Shown here one piece after another: positions 55,871-64,000 of a DNA stretch of 64,000 nucleotides; within the stretch, counting starts at the first letter, position 1, and each line of letters begins with the position of its first letter. Location of the stretch: NCBI GenBank assembly GCA_965248445.1, contig CBDFJG010000003.1:352001-416000 (forward strand), read 5' to 3'. The DNA comes from Planctomycetota bacterium. Lineage in GTDB: Bacteria; Planctomycetota; JAJSAM01; JAJVHW01. Made by a program: the position numbers and the translations under genes. The notes beneath the pieces were generated by a model that made no database searches, was not told the origin of the DNA, and saw only the letters and a list, made by a program, of their open reading frames with translations.

Positions 55871-56036
55871 GTTTCTCGAGTACGCTTCGATCTGCCCGGT
55901 GCCGTCCGGCGGGCCAACGGGCCCACGAGCGCCACCGAGCCCGGCATGATCCCAACTCCCCCGGCAGGCTCGCCTGGAAATCAGAGCGGGGCCCCAAATC
56001 TGGCGACCGGGCCGCGCGGGGCGGCAGGATGGCCAC

Positions 56037-56636
56037 ATGTACGGGGGAATCATCCCGGGGATCGGTCGCGTCGTGGCCGTCGAGGTTGCCGAGGGCGCGG
56101 CGCTGCGCCTCGCCGTGGACGTCTCCGTGCTCGGCCGCACCCCGCGGCACGGCGACTCGATCTCGATCGCCGGGGCGTGCTTGACGGTCGTGGAGTATGC
56201 CGACGGGGTGGCGCGCTTCGACGTGGTGGGGGAGACCGTGCGGCGTACCACGCTCGGTACGCTGGCCCCCGGTGACGCCGTCAACGTCGAGGGAAGCCTC
56301 CGGGTCGGTGATGAGATCGGTGGCCACCAGGTGTCAGGGCACATCGACGGCGTTGGCGAGGTCCGGTCGTTGGAGCGCCGTCCGGATGAGACCTGGATGA
56401 CCATCGCCGCGCCGCCGGAGGTGCTGGACACGCTCGCACCCAAGGGTTGGGTCGCGGTCGAGGGCGCGAGTCTGACGGTCGCAGACGTGGATGCGGCGGC
56501 GGGGACGTTCTCGATCGCGCTGATCCCCGCGACGCTCTCGCTGACGACCTTGGGCGCCGCGGTGGTGGGAACGCGGCTGAACCTCGAAGGCGATCCCATC
56601 GGCCGCCACGTCGCGCGGTTCCTTGCTTCACGTTGA
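56037..56636 (+). CDS. ribE: riboflavin synthase
   Basis: GDSISIAGACLTV, ET..RTTLG, VNVE, GGH.VSGHIDG, KG.VAVEG.SLTV, NLE.D. Confidence 0.92.
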   Translation: MYGGIIPGIGRVVAVEVAEGAALRLAVDVSVLGRTPRHGDSISIAGACLTVVEYADGVARFDVVGETVRRTTLGTLAPGDAVNVEGSLRVGDEIGGHQVSGHIDGVGEVRSLERRPDETWMTIAAPPEVLDTLAPKGWVAVEGASLTVADVDAAAGTFSIALIPATLSLTTLGAAVVGTRLNLEGDPIGRHVARFLASR

Positions 56637-56658
56637 GCGCCCGTGCGCGTGGCCTTCG

Positions 56659-56685
56659 GCTCGCGGCGCGATCAGCGCCGCGAGC
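56659..56685. terminator. hairpin between convergent genes
   Basis: gctcgcggcgc / gcgccgcgagc 11-bp perfect stem. Confidence 0.55.
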
Positions 56686-56691
56686 TTCAGA

Positions 56692-57855
56692 TCAGAACCC
56701 GCCGAAGAGGAACGACGCGAACGTCAGGATCGGTGCGTTCTCGCGTGCGTCGCCGGCGCCGGCGGTGAGCGCTTTCAGGGAGTCGCGCAGTTCCACGTAC
56801 AACTCCTCGTCCTGGATGAGCTTGCCGAGCGTTCCCTCGCCGCGGCGGATGCGTCCCGTGATCTGGGCGACGTCCTTCGAGATGTTGTCCACGCGCTCCC
56901 CGAGCTGCTCGTCGTAGAGGAGCTTGCCGAGCGCACCCTGCCCGGAGCGCACCGCCGCGGCCACAGCCTTCAGGTCCGAGGCCGTCGCCGCGAGATCGTC
57001 ATAGAGCGCCGGGTCGTTCAGCAGGCGCCCGAGTGAGCCGCCTCCCGAGTCGAGCTTGGTCGTGACCGACCGGACGTTCGACATGCTCGCCTTCAGGTCC
57101 GATGCGAAGGTCTGGTCGTGCAGCATCATGTCAAGTGCGCCGCCGCCCTGTTTCGCATCCCGCGCCACATCGCGGATGCCCGCGATCGCCTCCTTCAGGT
57201 CGTCGTACAGCGTCTCGTCCGTCAGCAGCTTGCCGATGGTGCCCCTGCCGTCGCGCAGATCCTGACTGATCGCCTTGGCGTCGGACACGACCTCTCGCGC
57301 CTCGGTCGCCACCGCGCGCGCTTCCTTCGCGAACTCGTCGAGGTTCTCCGCGATGTTTTCGCTGCGGTCCGCCAGGTCACCGGTGATCTTGCGGATGTTC
57401 TCGGCGCTCTCCTTGAGCGGTCCGCGCAACTCGGCGACCGTCTCGTTGAGCTCGTCGAACATCCCTCCGCCGCTCGTGCCGTTGACGACGCCCGGAGCCA
57501 TGGCCGGCTGATCCGGCGTACCCGGGTGGATCGACACGACCGCTCCCCCGAGTGCTGAACGCGCAGCGACCTCGATCTCCGCGTCGCCACGGAGGTTCGG
57601 GTCGTAGTCGAGCGCCATGTGCACCTCGACGTGTCCCGTCCCGTCGGGAGCGATCGAGGTGACGCGTCCGGCCTTCGTGCCGTAGACCCAGACGTCGTCG
57701 CCCTCGCGCAGACCGGCGACCTCGCGGAAGCGAGCCGTCATGTCGTGCTTGTCACCGCCGCCGAGGAAGTTCGGATCCTTGATCCAGAGAGTCATCGCCA
57801 TGAGCACTGCCAAGAGTGCGAAGAGCACGAGTCCGACCAAGAGTTGGCGAGTCAT
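56692..57855 (-). CDS. MlaD/MCE-family protein with long helical C-terminus
   Basis: TM, F..VAGL..G..V...G...GRV MCE domain, repeated G.G.LGKL..D..LY helices. Confidence 0.88.
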   Translation of the reverse strand: MTRQLLVGLVLFALLAVLMAMTLWIKDPNFLGGGDKHDMTARFREVAGLREGDDVWVYGTKAGRVTSIAPDGTGHVEVHMALDYDPNLRGDAEIEVAARSALGGAVVSIHPGTPDQPAMAPGVVNGTSGGGMFDELNETVAELRGPLKESAENIRKITGDLADRSENIAENLDEFAKEARAVATEAREVVSDAKAISQDLRDGRGTIGKLLTDETLYDDLKEAIAGIRDVARDAKQGGGALDMMLHDQTFASDLKASMSNVRSVTTKLDSGGGSLGRLLNDPALYDDLAATASDLKAVAAAVRSGQGALGKLLYDEQLGERVDNISKDVAQITGRIRRGEGTLGKLIQDEELYVELRDSLKALTAGAGDARENAPILTFASFLFGGF

Positions 57856-58622
57856 CAGTCCCTCCCGGCGCCGGTCTCTGCGACCGCGCCCTGTTCTACA
57901 AAACTGCGAATGATGGGGTGGTCGCTCGCGCGGAACTCGTCCGGTGTGAGCAGCCGGTCGATCCGCCCGTTGTCGAGCAGACCGATGTGGTCGCCGACGC
58001 GCAGCGCCGACGTGACGTCGTGACTGACGATGATCCCGGTCGCGCCGAGGTCGTCGCGCGCGTCCGTGATCAGCGTGTCGATCGTACGTGTCGTCATCGG
58101 GTCGAGTCCGGTCGTCGGCTCGTCGTACAGGACGAGCGCCGGCTCGAGCACGGTCGCGCGGGCGAAGCCCACGCGCTTGCGCATGCCTCCGGAGAGTTCT
58201 GCGGGGAACTTGTTCCCGATGTCGGCGAGGCCGACCGCGGCGAGGCGGGCATCGACCGTCTCGGTCACCTTGCGGTCGGGAACGCCGCGTTCGCGGAGAG
58301 GCAGCGCCACGTTCTCGCGGGCGCTCATCCAGTTGATGAGGGCGGCCCCTTGGAACACGAACCCCATGCGCTCACGGGCCGTGGCGAGATCCTGGCCCGA
58401 TGCGCCGTCGATTCGGATGCCGTCCACGTCGACCGAGCCGCCGTCCGCCGCGAGCAGACCGCACAGGATCTTCAGCGTGACGCTCTTGCCGGTGCCGGAC
58501 AGTCCCATGATGACGACGTTCGAGCCCCGCGGCACGTCGAGGTCCAGACCGTCGAGGACGACGTTGTCCCCGAACGCCTTGCGCACGCCGCGCAGCCGGA
58601 CCGCGGTCTCGCCACCGCTCAT
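57855..58622 (-). CDS. MlaF-like ABC transporter ATP-binding protein
   Basis: GLSGTGKS, FQGAAL, LSGGMRKRVG, LYDEPTTGLDP, SHD. Confidence 0.92.
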   Translation of the reverse strand: MSGGETAVRLRGVRKAFGDNVVLDGLDLDVPRGSNVVIMGLSGTGKSVTLKILCGLLAADGGSVDVDGIRIDGASGQDLATARERMGFVFQGAALINWMSARENVALPLRERGVPDRKVTETVDARLAAVGLADIGNKFPAELSGGMRKRVGFARATVLEPALVLYDEPTTGLDPMTTRTIDTLITDARDDLGATGIIVSHDVTSALRVGDHIGLLDNGRIDRLLTPDEFRASDHPIIRSFVEQGAVAETGAGRD

Positions 58623-59437
58623 GCGAGCACCACCCAGAAGAGCCACGTCATCACGTAGCCGACGACGAGCGTGAGGACGACTGCCGCGACGACGCTGCCT
58701 CGCACAGCTCGTCCCACACCGAGTGCGCCACCGCGGGCACGCAGTCCGAACGAGCACGAGAGGCCGCCGATCATCACGCCGAACACGAGCGACTTGATCA
58801 ATCCGGAGTACAGATCCTTCGAAAGCGATCCGAACGTCAACTTGCCGGCCAACGCGTCGCGTGCCTTCTCGAAGAAGTCGGCCATGGGCACGCCGTATTG
58901 GGTTTCCGTGACGATCGCAGCGCCGAAGATGCCGACGACGATGACGAGGACCGTGAGCAGCACGGATGACACAGCGAGCGCGTAGAGGCGTGGCGAGACG
59001 AGGAACGTGACCGGATCGACGTTCATGAGTTCGAGCGCGTCGATCTCCTCGCTGACCTTCATGGTGCCGAGTTCGGCTGCGATGGCGGCGCCCGCCGTCG
59101 CGGCGAGGATGATCGCGGTGATGAACGGCCCCATCTCGCGGGCGAGGGTCGCCGCGACGATGATCGCCAGCTCGCCCTCGACGCCGTAGCGGCTCAGCTC
59201 CTCGCCGGTCTGCAGCGCGAGGATCATCCCGACGAAGAGCCCGACGATGCTGACCACCACGAGGCTCTTGACCAGCTGCACGTGAAGCTGTTCGACGAGT
59301 CGACCGAGCGCGCGCATCGGCTGACGCGGCACCAATCCTCGCGTCAGCCCCTGCACGAGGAGGAGCGCGGTGTGGCCGGCGCCCTCGCAGCCGTCGGCCA
59401 GGCCGGTCAGCAGTCCGCGGCGGGTGTCGGCGCTCAC
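58619..59437 (-). CDS. MlaE-family ABC permease
   Basis: REMGP.ITA, AAELGTMKVSEEIDALE, LV.PR, KS.VFG, GA.GVG. Confidence 0.93.
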   Translation of the reverse strand: MSADTRRGLLTGLADGCEGAGHTALLLVQGLTRGLVPRQPMRALGRLVEQLHVQLVKSLVVVSIVGLFVGMILALQTGEELSRYGVEGELAIIVAATLAREMGPFITAIILAATAGAAIAAELGTMKVSEEIDALELMNVDPVTFLVSPRLYALAVSSVLLTVLVIVVGIFGAAIVTETQYGVPMADFFEKARDALAGKLTFGSLSKDLYSGLIKSLVFGVMIGGLSCSFGLRARGGALGVGRAVRGSVVAAVVLTLVVGYVMTWLFWVVLA

Positions 59438-60882
59438 TCGCCCGGTCCTTCGGTCTCGCCGGGTGCTCCGGGCACTACGGCAGTCGCAACGTTCTCCACA
59501 GAGCTGGGGGGCGACTCGGAGCCGAGAGGGATGTCGAGCCACCAGAAGAGGGTCAGCTTGCGCTGGCCGGTGCTTCCCTTCCGGTACCGCACGATCCCGA
59601 GCGGACCGTCCCACGCCTCCCGTCCCTCGGCGTCCGTGCGGCTCTTGAACAGGCTGATGAGGTCGGAGTAGACGCGCTCGCCGGCCTCCCACCCGACCAC
59701 CGGGATCAACGCGGGGATGCGGAGTGTGGAACGGCCGTCGGCGTGGCTCTCGGATGCGAACAGCGGCCAGGACTTGAGGGTGGTCTTCGTCGGCGCGCCG
59801 CCGGGCGGCCCGGACTCGCTCCGCATCCAGAATGGGACTATGTAGTCGCGCACGCGCGAGACGCCCGCCTGGACTTCCCACTGATGCCACACGATCGGCC
59901 AGGCCCAGAACGTGGACTGCTCGTTCTCTGCTGTGTAGTCCCCCCACAACGGCCACCACCATGTGGACTCGCTCTCACCGGGCCGGACCGACCGCTTGTA
60001 GAACGGCCAGAGTATCCCTGTGTATTCATCACCGGTCCGGTCGTCACTTGCGAACTGGAAGAACGGGTACAGAACGGTTGTCTGGCGTGAGCTGCCGTCG
60101 TCGGAGGTCCTGCGTCCCACGAACGGGAACACGAACCAGCCCGACAGCTTGCGATCTTCCTGCTGCTGCTCGTTCCAATGGATGATCGGCCACAGCGCGG
60201 AGCGGCGCGACGACGTGGCGTTGTCGCTCTGCGACCAGAACGGCAGGACACGGAAGTGACTTCGCTCATCTCCGTCGCCCCAGGCGATGAGGGGCCAGAG
60301 CACGTGGCGCGACTTCCAGTCGTTCGCACGGGTGTCCGCGTAGAGCGGGAAGCCCCGCACGCGGATCTCGTCGGCGAGTAACTTGCCCTTCAACTCGCCG
60401 TACAGCGGGAACAGCAGGAAGTACGGGCCCTCGCCGGGCTCGTCGCCCCAGAACGCGAACGGGAACACACCGAAATCGTCGTCCGACTCGTCCGCGGCGC
60501 GCTGCGCCTCCGTGCCCCAGGAGGAGTGGTAGAAGAAGGGCGCGATGTAGCGCTCCTCGTGCACGCCGTCCTTTGTGCGCAGATAGAACGGCGGGAGGAT
60601 CTGGTCCTGTCGCCCGTCGCCCTCGTGCTCGACCATTCCGAGCGGGCGCACGACTTGGGTGCGGATGTCCGGACCCTCCTCGTCCTCGTAGAGGCCGAAG
60701 AGCATGCGGGTGACGGTGGTCCCTCCCGGCAGGTCGGTCTCGACCTCGTAGAGGGGCGGGATGTTCGGAAACGAGCTGCAAGCGCCCAGGAAGAGGGCCA
60801 GCGCCGCGGCCGAGGCGGTCGCCCGGCACCCTGGTCGGCGCGAGGCGCGCTCGAGTGTCCGACGGCTCACCAGCCGCGGCAT
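59434..60882 (-). CDS. lipoprotein composed of aromatic-Pro (LWP/FWP) repeats
   Basis: Lipobox LGAC; many hydrophobic-x-P-aromatic units; GTGA-type overlap with the MlaE-family gene. Confidence 0.75.
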   Translation of the reverse strand: MPRLVSRRTLERASRRPGCRATASAAALALFLGACSSFPNIPPLYEVETDLPGGTTVTRMLFGLYEDEEGPDIRTQVVRPLGMVEHEGDGRQDQILPPFYLRTKDGVHEERYIAPFFYHSSWGTEAQRAADESDDDFGVFPFAFWGDEPGEGPYFLLFPLYGELKGKLLADEIRVRGFPLYADTRANDWKSRHVLWPLIAWGDGDERSHFRVLPFWSQSDNATSSRRSALWPIIHWNEQQQEDRKLSGWFVFPFVGRRTSDDGSSRQTTVLYPFFQFASDDRTGDEYTGILWPFYKRSVRPGESESTWWWPLWGDYTAENEQSTFWAWPIVWHQWEVQAGVSRVRDYIVPFWMRSESGPPGGAPTKTTLKSWPLFASESHADGRSTLRIPALIPVVGWEAGERVYSDLISLFKSRTDAEGREAWDGPLGIVRYRKGSTGQRKLTLFWWLDIPLGSESPPSSVENVATAVVPGAPGETEGPGE

Positions 60883-61071
60883 CCGCCCATGCCACTCCAC
60901 GCTCTCTCTCCTCCCACAAGTGCCCTCTCCGAGGCTACCAGCGACGCGGAAAACCCTGGGAGGCATCCGGGCCGACGGACGACGTACTCGCGCCGTCCCT
61001 GCGCCGTATCGGTCCCCGAACGATAGAATCGGGACTTGAACGCCCGCTGAACGGTCCCCCGTGGAGACAAC

Positions 61072-62463
61072 GTGCTGAACGTCGCCCTTCCTTCGCCCGC
61101 CCATCTGTTGCTCGTCGCCGCGGCCTTCGTCACCTCGCTCGGCGCCGGGGCCGCTCCTTCGTGTGCGGCGGATCGGGCCCTGCGTTCAAGGGTCCTCCAG
61201 GCGCTGAAAGAGAACGACGCGGGTCGCCGCGCCCGAGCGCTCGGGGACGCCCTGCGAGGCGCAAGGGGCGCCGCCGCGGCGAAGATCCTCGTCCGCACGG
61301 CGTTGCCCCGGGCCGAGAGCGAGCGCGACCGCGCCGTCTGCGTCGCCGCGCTGGGGCGGATGGACACGCACGACGAGATCGAGGAGATCGCGGCACGCGC
61401 GCGGGATGCCCGGTACGGCGTGCCGGGTCGGGCCCAGCTGGCGACGGCGCTGGGCCGGACCGGCAACGCGACGGCGCTGGATGAACTGCGCGCGCTCGCG
61501 GTGGACTCGGACACGCGCGTGCGCTGCGCGGCGGTCGTGGCGCTTGGCCGGTTCCCGGGGCCGGACTCGCTGGCCGCGCTCTCGACCGCCCTCGAGGACG
61601 ACGACCCGGCACTTCGCCTGTCCGCGACGCAGGCGCTCGGCCAGCACGAGGACGAACTCGGCCTTCCCTTGCTTGTCCAGGCGCTGAAGAGTGCCGACGG
61701 GCGCTTTGCGGACGACGTGGCCGCGGTCCTCGGGCGCCGCACCGGCGAGCGATTCGGCCCCTCGTGGTCGGCCTACGAACGGCTGTTGCGCACGCGCGCG
61801 AAGCAGCCGACGGACGACATCGTCACCTCGGATCCGCCGCCCCTCGACGTGTCTGGGCCCGCGACGGGTTTCCGCACCGGCGGCGTGCTGTTCGTGCTCG
61901 CGACTTCGAAGAGCATGGGTGAGCCGGTCAGTGCGGGTGGCGAGCCGCGCCGCCTCTCCGATGCCGGGGACGATCTCGTGCGCGAGTGGGGCGAGGCGGC
62001 AACCTGCCTCGATGTCGCGCGCGTTCACTTGCGTGCCCTGATCCGGTCCGTCGGTGACGGGGTTCCTTTCGACGTCGCGACGTACGCCGACTCGACGACG
62101 TTCGCCTTCGGCAAGCTCACCCCTGCCGATGCGCGCTCACGCAAGAAGGCCGAGTCCCGTGTCGCGCGTCTCAGCCCCGGCGGCGGCGCAAATCTCGCCG
62201 ACGCGTTGCGCCGCTGCTTCGATCCCCGCAACAAAGACCCGCTCGGAGCGCACCCCGGTCCCGACACCGTCGTGCTGATCACGAACGGACAGCTTGGCGA
62301 CCCCGGCGAGACGAACGGCGCCGAGGTGCTGGAAGGGGTGCGCCGCTTCGCGCGCTCCCGTCCGATGCGGTTCATCTGCATCGCGGTGGGACAGAGCGAC
62401 CGCAGCGTGCTCGGAACGCTCGCTTCGACGGCCCCTTCAGGTCGAATTGTCTCGGTTCCCTGA
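61072..62463 (+). CDS. HEAT-repeat protein with degenerate vWA domain
   Basis: D.D.RVR.AA..ALG repeats; FVLATSKSM, GGANLADAL, VLITNG vWA-like motifs lacking canonical MIDAS Asp residues. Confidence 0.75.
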   Translation: MLNVALPSPAHLLLVAAAFVTSLGAGAAPSCAADRALRSRVLQALKENDAGRRARALGDALRGARGAAAAKILVRTALPRAESERDRAVCVAALGRMDTHDEIEEIAARARDARYGVPGRAQLATALGRTGNATALDELRALAVDSDTRVRCAAVVALGRFPGPDSLAALSTALEDDDPALRLSATQALGQHEDELGLPLLVQALKSADGRFADDVAAVLGRRTGERFGPSWSAYERLLRTRAKQPTDDIVTSDPPPLDVSGPATGFRTGGVLFVLATSKSMGEPVSAGGEPRRLSDAGDDLVREWGEAATCLDVARVHLRALIRSVGDGVPFDVATYADSTTFAFGKLTPADARSRKKAESRVARLSPGGGANLADALRRCFDPRNKDPLGAHPGPDTVVLITNGQLGDPGETNGAEVLEGVRRFARSRPMRFICIAVGQSDRSVLGTLASTAPSGRIVSVP

Positions 62464-62586
62464 CAGGTTCCATCGATGCGCGCGCTGCGTGACTTGCACG
62501 CCGTGCAAACGTGCCGCACACTCCATCCGGATCTGTCGTCCTCCCCGACCGGCTTCCCCTGACGGTCGCGCTGGAGGAAACGCCTC

Positions 62587-63393
62587 ATGTCGAAGAGAGC
62601 ACGCCTCCGGCGTCTCGCCGCCGGTCACGGCCTCGCAGCCGTGCTCGCGCTGTCGGGGTGCGTCGTGACCGAGACGCGTCCGAATCCCTACTACCGCGGC
62701 TACGACCCGGCGACCGCCGAGGAGCACGTGTGGGTCGGGCCGCCCGGCGCAGATCCGGACGATCCCACGGCCGAAGGGCCTCCGGCGGAACCGCCCCGGT
62801 CGATCCGGGAAGAGCGTGCGGAGCAGCGAGACGCCGACATGCACGCGGCACGCGCGGCGGATGCCGAGCCCGACCCGCCCACGGTGCGGGACGAACCCGG
62901 TGAGACGAAGAGCACCGCGAAGACTGTGGTGATCCCCAAGAGCGTCGTCGACGAGATGGAGGGGTTCCTCGCTTCGCCGCGGCTATTGATCGGTGAGATC
63001 GTCGAAGTGGATCTCTCGCGCAACCCGTTCCTCTCGCGCAGCGCGTTCTCGCTCGATGAGTCGTCCGTGGAGCGCACGGACGCAGCGGACGAAGCACGCG
63101 GCGTGGTGACGATCGTGCTGATCAACGTCTCCGGTGTGAAGACCCTGATGAACACACTGCCGCAGGTGCACTTCGAGGGCCTGAAACTCGTGGCGATCGA
63201 CCGGCTCGTGCTGCGGTACTGGACGCGCCCGCGTGCCGAGCGGCCGATCCACCTGCGCGCGGTTGCCCGGGGGAAGGCGCTCTTCGACGACGACGGCGTG
63301 CTCGCCAAGGGGGGCCGGATCGCGGTGGATGCAGAGGTGGTGGACCGCGGCGCGGGGTTCCTCTTCGATCACGGGAAGCAGGTCGACCCATAG
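62587..63393 (+). CDS. hypothetical lipoprotein
   Basis: GGAGG RBS, lipobox LSGC, GC3-rich frame. Confidence 0.7.
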   Translation: MSKRARLRRLAAGHGLAAVLALSGCVVTETRPNPYYRGYDPATAEEHVWVGPPGADPDDPTAEGPPAEPPRSIREERAEQRDADMHAARAADAEPDPPTVRDEPGETKSTAKTVVIPKSVVDEMEGFLASPRLLIGEIVEVDLSRNPFLSRSAFSLDESSVERTDAADEARGVVTIVLINVSGVKTLMNTLPQVHFEGLKLVAIDRLVLRYWTRPRAERPIHLRAVARGKALFDDDGVLAKGGRIAVDAEVVDRGAGFLFDHGKQVDP

Positions 63394-63416
63394 CGGCGCG
63401 GATCGCTCCTTCGCTC

Positions 63417-64000
63417 GTGGCGGGCGCGCTCGGTGGCGCGGCAGCGGCACTCCTCGCAGTCTGGCTGCTCGGCGGGCACCCCGGACAGGGCGCTTCGGAC
63501 CTCGACGCGGTGCGTGCGGACGTGGCGGCGCTCGCGGATCTAGAGCGCGTGCGCGCCGCGACCGTGGACGCGCGGCTCGACGTGCTCACGGCGCGGCTTG
63601 CAGACGCTGCAGAGAACGGGAGCGCCGACGAACTGCGCCGGGCGATCGCGCAGACCGATGCATCGCTGCGCGCGCTGCGCGACGCCGTGCGCTACGAACT
63701 GGCGGCACTCGACGTCCACGTGAGCAGGATGCGGGACGCGCTGGACGTCCCTGCGACGGAGCCCTCGGCGGTCGGCGGACCACTCGACGAGCGGGATGAG
63801 TCCCGCTGGGTGGTCCTCGCTCGGGATCCGGACCCCGGCGTGCGGTTCTCGGCGCTTGCGCTGCTCGGCCGCCGGAAGAGCGACCGTAGCGTCGCCGCGT
63901 CGCGCGCAGCGCTCGGCGACGACGAGCCGATGGTCGCGTGGCAAGCGCTGCGCAACGTGGCCGCGTTCGCCGACCGGCAGGCCGCTCCCGAAGCAGCCGC
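63417..64000 (+). CDS. membrane-anchored HEAT-repeat protein (3' truncated by window edge)
   Basis: Frame open from GTG 63417 to window end: TM, coiled coil, DPDPGVRFSALALLG and LGDDEPMVAWQAL. Confidence 0.65.
   Translation, partial: MAGALGGAAAALLAVWLLGGHPGQGASDLDAVRADVAALADLERVRAATVDARLDVLTARLADAAENGSADELRRAIAQTDASLRALRDAVRYELAALDVHVSRMRDALDVPATEPSAVGGPLDERDESRWVVLARDPDPGVRFSALALLGRRKSDRSVAASRAALGDDEPMVAWQALRNVAAFADRQAAPEAA

Overview
High-GC bacterial chromosome segment. The PurS-PurL fusion, TPR/HEAT-rich hypotheticals and 'AQA-DVIxLxDG' secreted proteins suggest Planctomycetota; that assignment is inference only. Both flanks are mostly housekeeping: maf, rpmE-prfA-prmC, purLQ, accA, tig-clpP-clpX, tRNA-Leu(TAG), scpB, rnpA-yidD, lexA, trmD-rplS, riboflavin synthase and mlaFED. 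The centre (about 15.8-45.5 kb, all + strand) has three parts. First, a GT2 / AsnB-like / TMTC-like TPR glycosylation operon. Second, a sigma54 activator. Third, a ~20 kb atypical type II secretion/type IV filament locus. That locus encodes a double-FHA membrane protein, a fused PilM-PilN, a TPR protein and a full G-H-K-J-I pseudopilin set, including a 1739-aa GspK-like giant with repeated phage-virion-like beta modules. No ATPase, platform or secretin gene is visible in the window. Features outside the ORF track include a 24-codon hydrophobic ORF coupled to lexA behind a repeat-rich operator, a dispersed hairpin repeat family that also sits in-frame inside scpB, repeated tandem duplications spanning stop codons, and an 8-mer tandem array in front of prfA. 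All calls come from motif recognition; no database searches were run.
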